Source of the DNA: Megasphaera elsdenii DSM 20460
GTDB taxonomy: Bacteria; Bacillota; Negativicutes; Veillonellales; Megasphaeraceae
Reading direction: 5' to 3'
Assembly (NCBI RefSeq): GCF_003010495.1
Contig: NZ_CP027570.1
Location: 690,001 to 722,000, forward strand
DNA: 32,000 nucleotides
Shown: positions 1-7,663 of the stretch, piece by piece
Numbering within the stretch: position 1 is the first letter of the stretch
Layout: the number at the start of each line of letters is the position of its first letter
Translations under genes and position numbers: made by a program
Notes under the pieces: generated by a model
The model's database searches: none
Told to the model about the DNA's origin: nothing
What the model saw: the letters and a program-made list of their open reading frames with translations, nothing else

Positions 1-537
1 TTCATCGAGTGCCATGCGGGTAACATAGCCTTCGGTCATTTCCAGATACCGCGTGCCTTTCGCTTTCGTACCGAACATGGTACCGGTCTGGCTGCGCAGG
101 CCTTTGCCGAGGTCGTCCAGGCTGGCGCCGATGGGGAGGCCGCCTTCGGAGAAGGCTGTCTGGGTACGGCCGTATACAATCTGGAGGAAGAGCTGGCGCA
201 TAGCCACGTTGATAGCATCGCAGACCAAGTCTGTATTGAGGGCTTCAAGAAGCGTTTTGCCCGGAAGGATTTCCGAAGCCATAGCAGCAGAATGAGTCAT
301 GCCGGAACAGCCGATGGTTTCAACGAGGGCTTCTTCAATGATGCCGTCTTTGACATTGAGTGTCAATTTGCAGGCACCCTGCTGCGGAGCACACCAGCCT
401 ACGCCATGGGTCAAGCCGCTGACATCTTTGATTTCCTTTACCTGTACCCATTCGCCTTCTTCCGGAATCGGGGCCGGTCCGTGATATGCGCCTTTCGTGA
501 CGGGACACATATTCTTAACTTCTGTTGAATATAACAT
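1..537 (-). CDS. NifU/IscU-like Fe-S scaffold-domain protein, N-terminal part (3' end runs off the left edge)
   Basis: Absent from the ORF track because it has no stop in the window. ATG at 537 (minus) follows an AAAGGGTGAAGAG RBS and the frame stays open to base 1 (179 codons). My translation MLYSTEVKNMCPVTKGAYHGP...GWCAPQQGACKLTLNVKDGIIEEALVETIGCSGMTHSAAMASEILPGKTLLEAL resembles the IscU/NifU N-domain core. Confidence 0.6.
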   Translation of the reverse strand, partial: MLYSTEVKNMCPVTKGAYHGPAPIPEEGEWVQVKEIKDVSGLTHGVGWCAPQQGACKLTLNVKDGIIEEALVETIGCSGMTHSAAMASEILPGKTLLEALNTDLVCDAINVAMRQLFLQIVYGRTQTAFSEGGLPIGASLDDLGKGLRSQTGTMFGTKAKGTRYLEMTEGYVTRMALDE

Positions 538-591
538 GTTCTCTTCACCCTTTCAAAATGTATGAGAAATAAAAAGCAGCACGTATAAGAC

Positions 592-1461
592 TCAGTCCTT
601 CAACTGGTCGTATATCTGTGTGAATAAAGCGCGATACATGCTGCCTTTGCGCCACAAGAATGAAAATGCGTGCATGACGGAGAAATCCTTGACGACGATG
701 CGTCGCAGCGTCCCGTCTGCCAGTTCTTTCTGAACTGATGTTTCATATAAAAATGCAATACCGCAGTCACGGCAGGCCAGTCCTTTGACGGCCGACAGGC
801 TGCCCACTTCATAGCGGGCCGGGAAATGGTCCAGTGTGTAGCCCTGTTCTGCCAGCTTATGTTCCAAGATCCGGCGGGCGCCGGCATGGCGTTCGCGGAC
901 GATGATCCGATAGCGCATGAGTTCTGACAGCGTCATTTCTTCCGGAGCTTCATAGCCCGTACCGCAGACAGCGACAATCGGTTCATTAGAAAATAAGAGC
1001 GATTCATAGCGTCCCTGGTCAAAAGAACTTTCGACAATGGCAAAATCAATGGCGCCATCGTCCAGGGACTGGAGCAGCTTTTCCGCATCCGCAATTTCCA
1101 TGCGAAGATTCATATCGTCATTATGCTTGAGCAAGTCAGCCAATTTATCGAGAATCCCCACGCCAGCTGTCGGCGTCGCCCCAAAGGTCAGGGAGCGATT
1201 GTGCTGCAGGTCGCGAAGATGCTCTTTTAAGATGGCATCGTCATGACTGATGGCAGTCACGGCATTCCAAAGGATGTGCCCAGCCTGGGTCAATTGCAGA
1301 TGTTTTCCCTTATAACTGAAAAGCTTGGTCCCGTATTCGCGTTCCAAGTAGCGAATATGCTGAGAAACGGCAGGCTGTGTGATGTGAAGTTCCGCAGCAG
1401 CCCGGGTATAATTCATGTGACGGCAAACGCACAAAAATGTATGGATACGAAAATCTAACAT
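592..1461 (-). CDS. LysR-family transcriptional regulator
   Basis: ORF 592..1491. The N-terminal HTH is FLCVCRHMNYTRAAAELHITQPAVSQHIRYLEREYGTKLF and the C-terminus is LysR substrate-binding type. I place the start at ATG 1461 (MLDFRI), which has an AAGGGAAGGGTG RBS; the track ATG at 1491 has none. Confidence 0.9.
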   Translation of the reverse strand: MLDFRIHTFLCVCRHMNYTRAAAELHITQPAVSQHIRYLEREYGTKLFSYKGKHLQLTQAGHILWNAVTAISHDDAILKEHLRDLQHNRSLTFGATPTAGVGILDKLADLLKHNDDMNLRMEIADAEKLLQSLDDGAIDFAIVESSFDQGRYESLLFSNEPIVAVCGTGYEAPEEMTLSELMRYRIIVRERHAGARRILEHKLAEQGYTLDHFPARYEVGSLSAVKGLACRDCGIAFLYETSVQKELADGTLRRIVVKDFSVMHAFSFLWRKGSMYRALFTQIYDQLKD

Positions 1462-1597
1462 AGCACCCTTCCCTTTCTTTGCGTTTTCCATAAGATAATT
1501 TTATGATATTTCAAAATTTTTATCAAGAAAAAAGTGGGCATTTTTCGTATACGTATGGGACGTCTTTGCTCCCAGTATAGTTTTACCCCTGCCTTCA

Positions 1598-1606
1598 TGA
1601 TATAAT
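1598..1606 (+). promoter_or_regulatory. Extended -10 promoter element (TGATATAAT) for the 1653 gene
   Basis: TG at 1598-1599 and TATAAT at 1601-1606, about 45 nt upstream of ATG 1653. No good -35 was found. Confidence 0.4.
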
Positions 1607-1652
1607 AGGACAAACGATTAACCTATTTTACGATAAGGAAGGATGGATTCTC

Positions 1653-2129
1653 ATGAAAAAAATGACGACGCTCTGTGCGTCCCTGCTCCTGGCCCTGGGC
1701 TGCCTGACAGCCAACGCCATGGATTCCCAGACCCTGGTCAGCAACCCCGGCCGTTACCGCGTCATCAGCACCAGTCCGGACGGCATCGCCTATGCCGATA
1801 TGGATTCCCTCCGGGCCATGCAGACCATGGACTATCCCAACAGCATCGAAAACATGAGCTTTACGTTGTATGTCGAAAAATATGCCGGCATCCGCGATGA
1901 CCTAATCTTCCAGCTTGGCCAGGAAATCCACCAAATCAACGAATACAAAGCGGCCCTGCACGCCAACAAGCGCGAGGGGACATATGACTTGAACGCTGAC
2001 CTGACAAATGTCTATCATACCGACGGAACGGCGTACTCTGTCAAAATCGACACGGTCCAGTTCCAGAACATCCGCGACATGTACACGGCCCTGCACCACT
2101 TCGCCGCCCTCATGCCGCAGAAGAATTAG
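1653..2129 (+). CDS. Small exported protein of unknown function (signal peptide)
   Basis: GGAAGGA RBS. The N-terminus MKKMTTLCASLLLALGCLTANA-MDS has a basic n-region, a hydrophobic core and an ANA cleavage site. I recognise no family. Confidence 0.7.
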   Translation: MKKMTTLCASLLLALGCLTANAMDSQTLVSNPGRYRVISTSPDGIAYADMDSLRAMQTMDYPNSIENMSFTLYVEKYAGIRDDLIFQLGQEIHQINEYKAALHANKREGTYDLNADLTNVYHTDGTAYSVKIDTVQFQNIRDMYTALHHFAALMPQKN

Positions 2130-2160
2130 TGGTTCGTGGCTAGTGGCTCGTAGTGGCTCT
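2127..2160 (+). repeat. G/T-rich heptamer array R1 (GTGGTTC GTGGCTA GTGGCTC GTA GTGGCTC)
   Basis: Tandem GTGGYTM units start at the stop codon of the 1653 gene. It shares the 13-mer GTGGTTCGTGGCT and the 9-mer TGGCTCGTA with the array at 5690-5730. Confidence 0.6.
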
Positions 2161-2237
2161 CCTTATAGGAGAGCTGTCAGCGAAGCTGACTGAGAGGTTG
2201 CTCTATCAACGTAGTTTGTAGAAAAGGCTAACCACTT

Positions 2238-2270
2238 AAAAGGACTTGTTGCACGCGACAAGTCCTTTTT
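2238..2270 (+). terminator. Rho-independent terminator (usable in both directions)
   Basis: AAAGGACTTGT-tgcacgcg-ACAAGTCCTTTTT: a perfect 11-bp stem flanked by an A-run and a T-run. Confidence 0.65.
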
Positions 2271-2296
2271 GAGTTTCCTCCGGCCCGCAGCTATTG

Positions 2297-2302
2297 TATA
2301 AT
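2297..2302 (+). promoter_or_regulatory. Candidate -10 box (TATAAT) for the three-gene cassette
   Basis: TATAAT lies 45 nt upstream of ATG 2347. The -35 is weak (TTTCCT at 17-nt spacing). Confidence 0.3.
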
Positions 2303-2346
2303 AGAGGCAAGTGAATCTTTATTATATAAAACGAAAGGGACCTGAC

Positions 2347-3144
2347 ATGACGAACGAAAAATATATGAATATGATCCGCAACAATCCCTATGTAATCGAC
2401 CGCATCGAAAACCCGACGGAAGAAATGCAGCTCCTGGCTGTCCAGATGAACGGCCTGGCCCTGCAATACATCAAACATCCGTCAGAAGCGGTCCAGAAAG
2501 CCGCCGTCGCCAATACGGCCCGGGCCATCCAATTCATCGACCATCCGTCGGAAGACATGCTCCTGCAAGCGGTCCGCGCTGGCTGGAACAACCTGAGTTA
2601 TATCGAAAATCCGTCACCGGAACTCATCGACGCCGCCCTGGACCAGTCGGGCTGGGCCATCAAATACGTCAAAGACCCGGACGAAGCCCTGCAGCTGCGG
2701 GCTGTAGAAAAGAATTACGACGCCATCAAATACATCAAGCATCCGACACCGGCCGTCCAGCTGGCCGCCATCCGCGGCAACTACGAAGCCCTGCGCTACA
2801 TCGAAAAGCCGACGGAAGAAGCAAAAGAACTGGCCATCAGCGAAAACGAACAGGCCATCCGCCTCATCCCGAATATCAGCAAAGAGGAATTTCTCCACTA
2901 TCTCAGCCGCAACGTCCTGGTCAGCAAATACATGCCCAAGGGCATTTCCCTGACCCCTGACGATTGGCGCAATACCTTCAAGGCCGTCTTGTCCCGGGAC
3001 GATGTACCGGAAGACTATGTCCGCAACTTCATCACCTGCAACGCCGTCGATCTGACACCGGCCGATAAAGTCCTCCTCGTCGACGATTGCGGCAGCAAGA
3101 AGGCCCGCCGTATTACAGTAGATGAAAAATTGACGTTGAAATAG
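2347..3144 (+). CDS. Tandem-repeat (DUF4116-like) alpha-solenoid protein
   Basis: ORF 2311..3144. I start it at ATG 2347 (GAAAGGGA RBS). It holds eight phased 22-aa repeats of the form A(I/L)xYIxxP(S/T)xExxxxAVxxN, for example NGLALQYIKHPSEAVQKAAVAN, followed by a unique ~85-aa tail. Confidence 0.8.
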   Translation: MTNEKYMNMIRNNPYVIDRIENPTEEMQLLAVQMNGLALQYIKHPSEAVQKAAVANTARAIQFIDHPSEDMLLQAVRAGWNNLSYIENPSPELIDAALDQSGWAIKYVKDPDEALQLRAVEKNYDAIKYIKHPTPAVQLAAIRGNYEALRYIEKPTEEAKELAISENEQAIRLIPNISKEEFLHYLSRNVLVSKYMPKGISLTPDDWRNTFKAVLSRDDVPEDYVRNFITCNAVDLTPADKVLLVDDCGSKKARRITVDEKLTLK

Positions 3145-3154
3145 GAGAGAAACC

Positions 3155-4231
3155 ATGAACTTTACAGATACTTTCAAAAGCGTAGAATTAGTCCTCAAAG
3201 CCGGTGAAGTCCCACTTCTCGTCGGCGAAACGGGCATCGGCAAGACCTCCCTGGCCCGGGAACTGGCTGCCAAGAATGACTGGAGCCTGGTCGGCATCGA
3301 CGGCAACCTCCTCAAAGAAGGGGAAATCGGCGGCCTGCCTACGGTCGAAGCGGGCACGACGATTTATGCCGTCCACCACAAGCTCCGCAAAATCGACGAA
3401 GAAATCGCCAAGGGCCGGACAGTCCTCTTGTTCATCGACGAAATCAACCGCTGCGACCACGCCGTCCAGCAGGAACTGATGAACCTCATCCTCAACCGTG
3501 AAATCAACGGCTACGTCTTGTCGCCGTCGGTCCATATCATCGCCGCCATGAACCCGGCCGATTCCTATGACTACGAAGTCGTTGAAATGGATGCAGCCCA
3601 GCAGAACCGCTTCGTCTGGCTGTACATGGAAGCCGATTACCTGCAGTGGCTCGATTGGGCCTCGACGGCAGGCATTGAAGAAAAGGTCATGGAATTTATT
3701 TCCACCTTCCCGGAATACCTGGACAAGACCAACGAAGACGACATCAATGCCACGCCGCGCAGTTACGAACGCATTTCCAAACTGTACCACATCTATAAAC
3801 AGGACCCGTCGGCCATCCCGCAGGGCGTCTTCTACAACGTCATCCGCGGCAACGTCGGCAAGCTCATCGCTCAGGAATTCGTCCATTTCGTCACGTCCGA
3901 CGCCCAGCCCCTCATCGCTTATGACGATGTCTTCGGCAGTCCATCCCTGGATCCGACCCTGTCCAGCCGGGTCAACAGTGAAAGCCACACCCGGCTCTAC
4001 CTGGCTGCCAAGAACATCCTCAAGCAGCTGGAACATGCCATCCGCCTCGATGACAGCGAAGCTCAGCCGCTCCTTTCCCGCCTGGTCGCCTTCCTGGCGC
4101 TCTATCCCGTCGATCTGCGCCTCGGCGTCATGAAGGACATGAAAGCCGCCAACCCCAAAGTCTATGCCTGCGCTCTGGATAACGACGACTTCATCGACAG
4201 CTACTTCGCAGCTTTCCGGTCCCTTCGGTAA
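3155..4231 (+). CDS. MoxR-type (AAA_5) AAA+ ATPase
   Basis: AGGAGAG RBS. Motifs are Walker A GETGIGKT, Walker B LLFIDEINR, sensor-1 IIAAMNP and QQNRF. It is a single AAA module plus a helical C-terminal domain. Confidence 0.9.
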   Translation: MNFTDTFKSVELVLKAGEVPLLVGETGIGKTSLARELAAKNDWSLVGIDGNLLKEGEIGGLPTVEAGTTIYAVHHKLRKIDEEIAKGRTVLLFIDEINRCDHAVQQELMNLILNREINGYVLSPSVHIIAAMNPADSYDYEVVEMDAAQQNRFVWLYMEADYLQWLDWASTAGIEEKVMEFISTFPEYLDKTNEDDINATPRSYERISKLYHIYKQDPSAIPQGVFYNVIRGNVGKLIAQEFVHFVTSDAQPLIAYDDVFGSPSLDPTLSSRVNSESHTRLYLAAKNILKQLEHAIRLDDSEAQPLLSRLVAFLALYPVDLRLGVMKDMKAANPKVYACALDNDDFIDSYFAAFRSLR

Positions 4232-4237
4232 ACGCCT

Positions 4238-5644
4238 ATGGAACAATCACTGCCCATTGCGGCTAACCTCCTCTATCAGCAGGCATCTATCGTCGCCGAC
4301 GCCGTCCTCGCCGAGCAGCGCCGGACTGGCAGCGTCCCGGATGTGCCGGCCGATTTCCAAAAGAAATTCTACACCTTCCTGGACCGCATCAACGGCCACC
4401 TCATGGAAGACAAAGACAATTTCTTCGGCTATTTTCTCTTCCAAATGGTCAAGGAAATCCGCTTTGACATGGCCTCGCCGACAGGGACCAACTTCAAGGG
4501 GACGCGGTACCACCTCTATTTCAATCCCATGCTGTTCCTGCCCCTGTCGCCGGAACAGATGGAGAGCACGATTAAGCATGAAATCCTCCACGTCGTCTCC
4601 CTCCACCTCATCCGGTCCAAAGAACTCCGGCAGCAATACAGCAAAATGGCCGTCAACCTGGCCATGGACGTCGTCGTCAACACCTATCTCGACCACCTGC
4701 CGCCCTTCTCGACGACCCTGGAATGGGTGAACATGAACTATTCCCTGCTCCTGAATCCCTTTGAAAGCCTGGAATATTACGTCGATAAGATTCAAGGCGC
4801 CCTGGACTTGCGGACCGACAAAAAAGACCTGCCCGAATCGGACAGCGACTCCGACGAATCCATTGCCGTATCCTACGACCCGGCTAAGACCCACGACTTA
4901 TGGGACGAAGGCGATGATATCGACGAAGAGACGCTGCGCAAATTCACGGAAAAATACATCGACGCTTCGTGCAAGGGCGAGCTGTCGAATTATCTGGAAA
5001 GCATGATCAAAGCCTTGAAAGACAGTCAGGAAGACCTGCCCTGGCATTGGTACTTGAAAAAGCTCGTCGGCTCCGTCACCAGCACCTGGAAGCGGACGAC
5101 CATGCGCCGCAACCGCCGCCAGCCGGAACGGCTGGACCTGCCGGGCTGCCTGCGCTCCCATACGGCCAAAATCCTCATCGGCCTGGACATCAGCGGCAGT
5201 ATCACCGATGCCGAATTTCGTCAGGCCATCGGCGAAGTCCTGCACCTGGTCCGCTGCTATAACCATGAAATCATCGTCGCCGAATGTGACGACGAAATAC
5301 GCCGCACCTACCGCATCCGCACCATGGACGACGTCCGCGGCCGCCTGGACATCCGCGGCGGCACGGCCTATTCCCCGGTCTTCACCTACGCCAATACCCA
5401 GCGCGTCGACCTCGTCGTTTACTTCACCGACGGCAAAGGCGAAGAAAAACTCCAGACACCGCCCAAAGGCTACAAAGTCCTCTGGGTTCTCTCGGGTAAG
5501 GGAGACAAACTCTCTCTGAAGAAGCCCTTCGGCCTGGTCAAACGACTGACCAAGCTCCCGGAATACGACCCGTCCCTCGACTTCGACGACGTAGAAAAAG
5601 GCGGCTTCTCCATGAATCACCAGGAAGACATCAGTATGCCGTGA
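4238..5644 (+). CDS. Putative metallopeptidase (HExxH, DUF2201_N-like) fused to a vWA domain
   Basis: HEILH at aa 114-118, an acidic linker ESDSDSDES, and a vWA MIDAS DISGS at aa 317-321 followed by GGTAY and FTDG. It starts 6 nt after the ATPase stop, which suggests translational coupling, and has a weak RBS. Confidence 0.9.
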   Translation: MEQSLPIAANLLYQQASIVADAVLAEQRRTGSVPDVPADFQKKFYTFLDRINGHLMEDKDNFFGYFLFQMVKEIRFDMASPTGTNFKGTRYHLYFNPMLFLPLSPEQMESTIKHEILHVVSLHLIRSKELRQQYSKMAVNLAMDVVVNTYLDHLPPFSTTLEWVNMNYSLLLNPFESLEYYVDKIQGALDLRTDKKDLPESDSDSDESIAVSYDPAKTHDLWDEGDDIDEETLRKFTEKYIDASCKGELSNYLESMIKALKDSQEDLPWHWYLKKLVGSVTSTWKRTTMRRNRRQPERLDLPGCLRSHTAKILIGLDISGSITDAEFRQAIGEVLHLVRCYNHEIIVAECDDEIRRTYRIRTMDDVRGRLDIRGGTAYSPVFTYANTQRVDLVVYFTDGKGEEKLQTPPKGYKVLWVLSGKGDKLSLKKPFGLVKRLTKLPEYDPSLDFDDVEKGGFSMNHQEDISMP

Positions 5645-5654
5645 ATAAAAGATA

Positions 5655-5689
5655 AAAAGGCGCTGTCACAGGAAGACAGCGTCTTTTTT
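5655..5689 (+). terminator. Rho-independent terminator of the cassette
   Basis: GGCGCTGTC-acaggaa-GACAGCGTC followed by TTTTTT, beginning about 15 nt after the stop at 5644. Confidence 0.8.
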
Positions 5690-5730
5690 GAGTGGTTAGT
5701 GGTTAGTAGCTCGTGGTTCGTGGCTCGTAA
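5690..5730 (+). repeat. G/T-rich heptamer array R2 (GTGGTTA GTGGTTA GTAGCTC GTGGTTC GTGGCTC GTA)
   Basis: It starts directly after the terminator T-tract (TTTTTTGA-GTGG...). It is in direct orientation with R1 and shares GTGGTTCGTGGCT (5713-5725 versus 2129-2141). Confidence 0.6.
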
Positions 5731-6237
5731 AGGCCTGCCATTATACCCGAATGGGCCGTGGTAAAATCTCACAGCGGGCCGCCTTCCAGGACGGCCCCTA
5801 CGTATACGGCCGCTGGCCGTGTATTTTTTGCGACCGGCGACCGGCCGCCTGCGTTTATTTTTTCATCGCCTGTATGCGATTCCGTAGGGGACGCCTGTTA
5901 AGGCGTCCAGCCTCTGCTGTCCGTTTTGGCAACCGTCTTGCGCCTTCCGCTGGTCGGCACCTGCCGGGCCAAAAAGGCCGCGTGAATCCTGTGAATGAAC
6001 GGAATTTATGACAGATGTCACATGGTCGTAATACAATCAATGAGTCTGTTGCGGCGAAACGCCGCATCCGTAGGGGCCGCCCAGATTTTTTCTGGTCTGT
6101 CCAGTACAGGATAGTCCCCGGACGGACAGTTGCAGCGGGCGGCCCGCTACGCGCTGAGGGGTTCCCGAAGTGTCGTTGTCACTTTGAGTCTGTCGCGGTG
6201 CAGCCGCATCTGAGTCCGAAAAAAAAAGCCGTAAACT

Positions 6238-7650
6238 TTAGAAATGGAAGTCCATCTGGGTGCGGACGAGGGTCCGTTTATTATCTGAATTGGAAATCTG
6301 TTCCTGTTTCGAGTAGAGCGTTTCCCATTCGATGTTCTTCCAAGGCACGTATTTATACCCCAAAATCCAGCCTTTACTGCCGGCACTGCCATTGTAAAAC
6401 AAGGAACTCCATTCGTCGTCACCGGCGATGGTGCCATTGGTTCCGTAACGATACCAGCGGGCATAGGCCTGCCATGTTCCCGGTTTCTGGAGATCCGTAT
6501 TGCCATAGTTCAGGCGCAAGAACGTACTGTTGTCCTGGTAGTCAGCGTTGGTCTGGACATAGTCAGCCAGGAAGCGTACTTTCTTGGAAAGGTCGAACCA
6601 GCCACTGAGAACGTAAGCTTTATCGTAATCGACCGTTTCTTCACCCCATGATTCCAGATGACTCGTATTCTTTTCGTAAACATCGCCTTTATGCTTGGAA
6701 TTCAAGGCATAGGCTACGTTGATGCCGGCCCGCGGTCCGATATTCCCCCACGTACCAAGGCCATACCAGCTTTCATGGTTGCCGGCCCCTGTCGAAGCAA
6801 ACCAGAAGCCGCTGGCAGTCAGACTGGTCCCTTTGATGGGGACGCCGAGCTGGAAGCCATCGGATTCCGTGCCGAAGAGGACGTTCTGCTGACCTAAGCC
6901 GCGCCAGGCACGGCCGATGTTGATCCAGGCGCCGGTCTTCGGATCCGTCCCTTCGACCCAGATACGCTGGATATCGCCATCATGACCAGACCAGCGTTTG
7001 GCCCGGCCCTTATCTTTGCCGTCAGTCGCCCATGACCCCGACTCGTTTTCATGGTCATGACCGCCGTTGTAAAAGGAGTTCTTTTCTAACTGGAATTTGG
7101 CCTTCCAATTATCGTTGACTTTATAGGAACCGTTCAAGCTCATATAGAAGCGGTCATTGTCCTTATATAAATCACTGTTGTTCTGTACATTGTTGCTATA
7201 TTTATCGTGGTCATACTGGACGCGGATAAAGCCGCTCAATTCCATCTTGCCAGCGATACCGTTTTTCAGCGAATCGATATCCTTGGTATTCTGCTCGATC
7301 TGCTTGGTGTTCTTGGCGACTTGCTGCTGCAGGACGTTGATTTCGTCGGCGTATTCTGCGTGCAGTTTTTCCAGGACCGTCTTATCGCCGAAGTTGCCGC
7401 CGCCTTTTTGCATGGCTTTGGCGACGATACTGGCGACTTCGTAACGGGTCATGGTACGGCCACCTTCAAAGGTGCTGTTGCCCATGCCTTCGATGACACC
7501 TTCTTTAGCCAGGTAGTCCAAGGCTTCATAAGACCAGTGGTCTTTGGGGACATCGGAGAAACTGTCGGCCGATGCCGCCAGAGCCGCGCCCGACATGCCC
7601 AGGCTCAGGGCCAGCAGGACGGCAAAGCCTTTCTTGTTGAATTCCATCAT
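6238..7650 (-). CDS. OmpM-type outer-membrane porin with N-terminal SLH domain
   Basis: Signal peptide MMEFNKKGFAVLLALSLGMSGAALA. The SLH motif is FSDVPKDHWSYEALDYLAKEGVIEG, followed by a coiled-coil segment (LHAEYADEINVLQQQVAKNTKQIEQNTKDI). The C-terminus is rich in aromatic/Gly beta-strands and ends in F. Confidence 0.9.
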   Translation of the reverse strand: MMEFNKKGFAVLLALSLGMSGAALAASADSFSDVPKDHWSYEALDYLAKEGVIEGMGNSTFEGGRTMTRYEVASIVAKAMQKGGGNFGDKTVLEKLHAEYADEINVLQQQVAKNTKQIEQNTKDIDSLKNGIAGKMELSGFIRVQYDHDKYSNNVQNNSDLYKDNDRFYMSLNGSYKVNDNWKAKFQLEKNSFYNGGHDHENESGSWATDGKDKGRAKRWSGHDGDIQRIWVEGTDPKTGAWINIGRAWRGLGQQNVLFGTESDGFQLGVPIKGTSLTASGFWFASTGAGNHESWYGLGTWGNIGPRAGINVAYALNSKHKGDVYEKNTSHLESWGEETVDYDKAYVLSGWFDLSKKVRFLADYVQTNADYQDNSTFLRLNYGNTDLQKPGTWQAYARWYRYGTNGTIAGDDEWSSLFYNGSAGSKGWILGYKYVPWKNIEWETLYSKQEQISNSDNKRTLVRTQMDFHF

Positions 7651-7663
7651 AAGGACCTCTTTT

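Noticed and set aside
2127-2160. The heptamer arrays (also 5690-5730, 14840-14927 and 15559-15645) considered as CRISPR arrays or plasmid iterons.
   Set aside because: The units are 7 nt long and contiguous with no spacers. No cas or rep genes are present. The arrays are about 35 nt long, so they are neither CRISPR arrays nor iterons.
3188-4246. A 352-aa minus-strand ORF mirroring the AAA+ ATPase gene. Similar mirror ORFs occur at 2614-3357, 4247-4894, 4898-5620, 11251-12222, 17890-18801, 18994-19740, 19638-20423, 23287-24258 and 27150-27995.
   Set aside because: All are antisense shadows of genes with clear motifs on the other strand. Their composition is low-complexity, they lack an RBS and they match no family.
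5751-6011. An 86-aa ORF in the large intergenic region.
   Set aside because: Its composition is Arg/Cys/Pro/Ala-rich and it has no RBS. It overlaps the GC hairpin repeats, so it is most likely non-coding.
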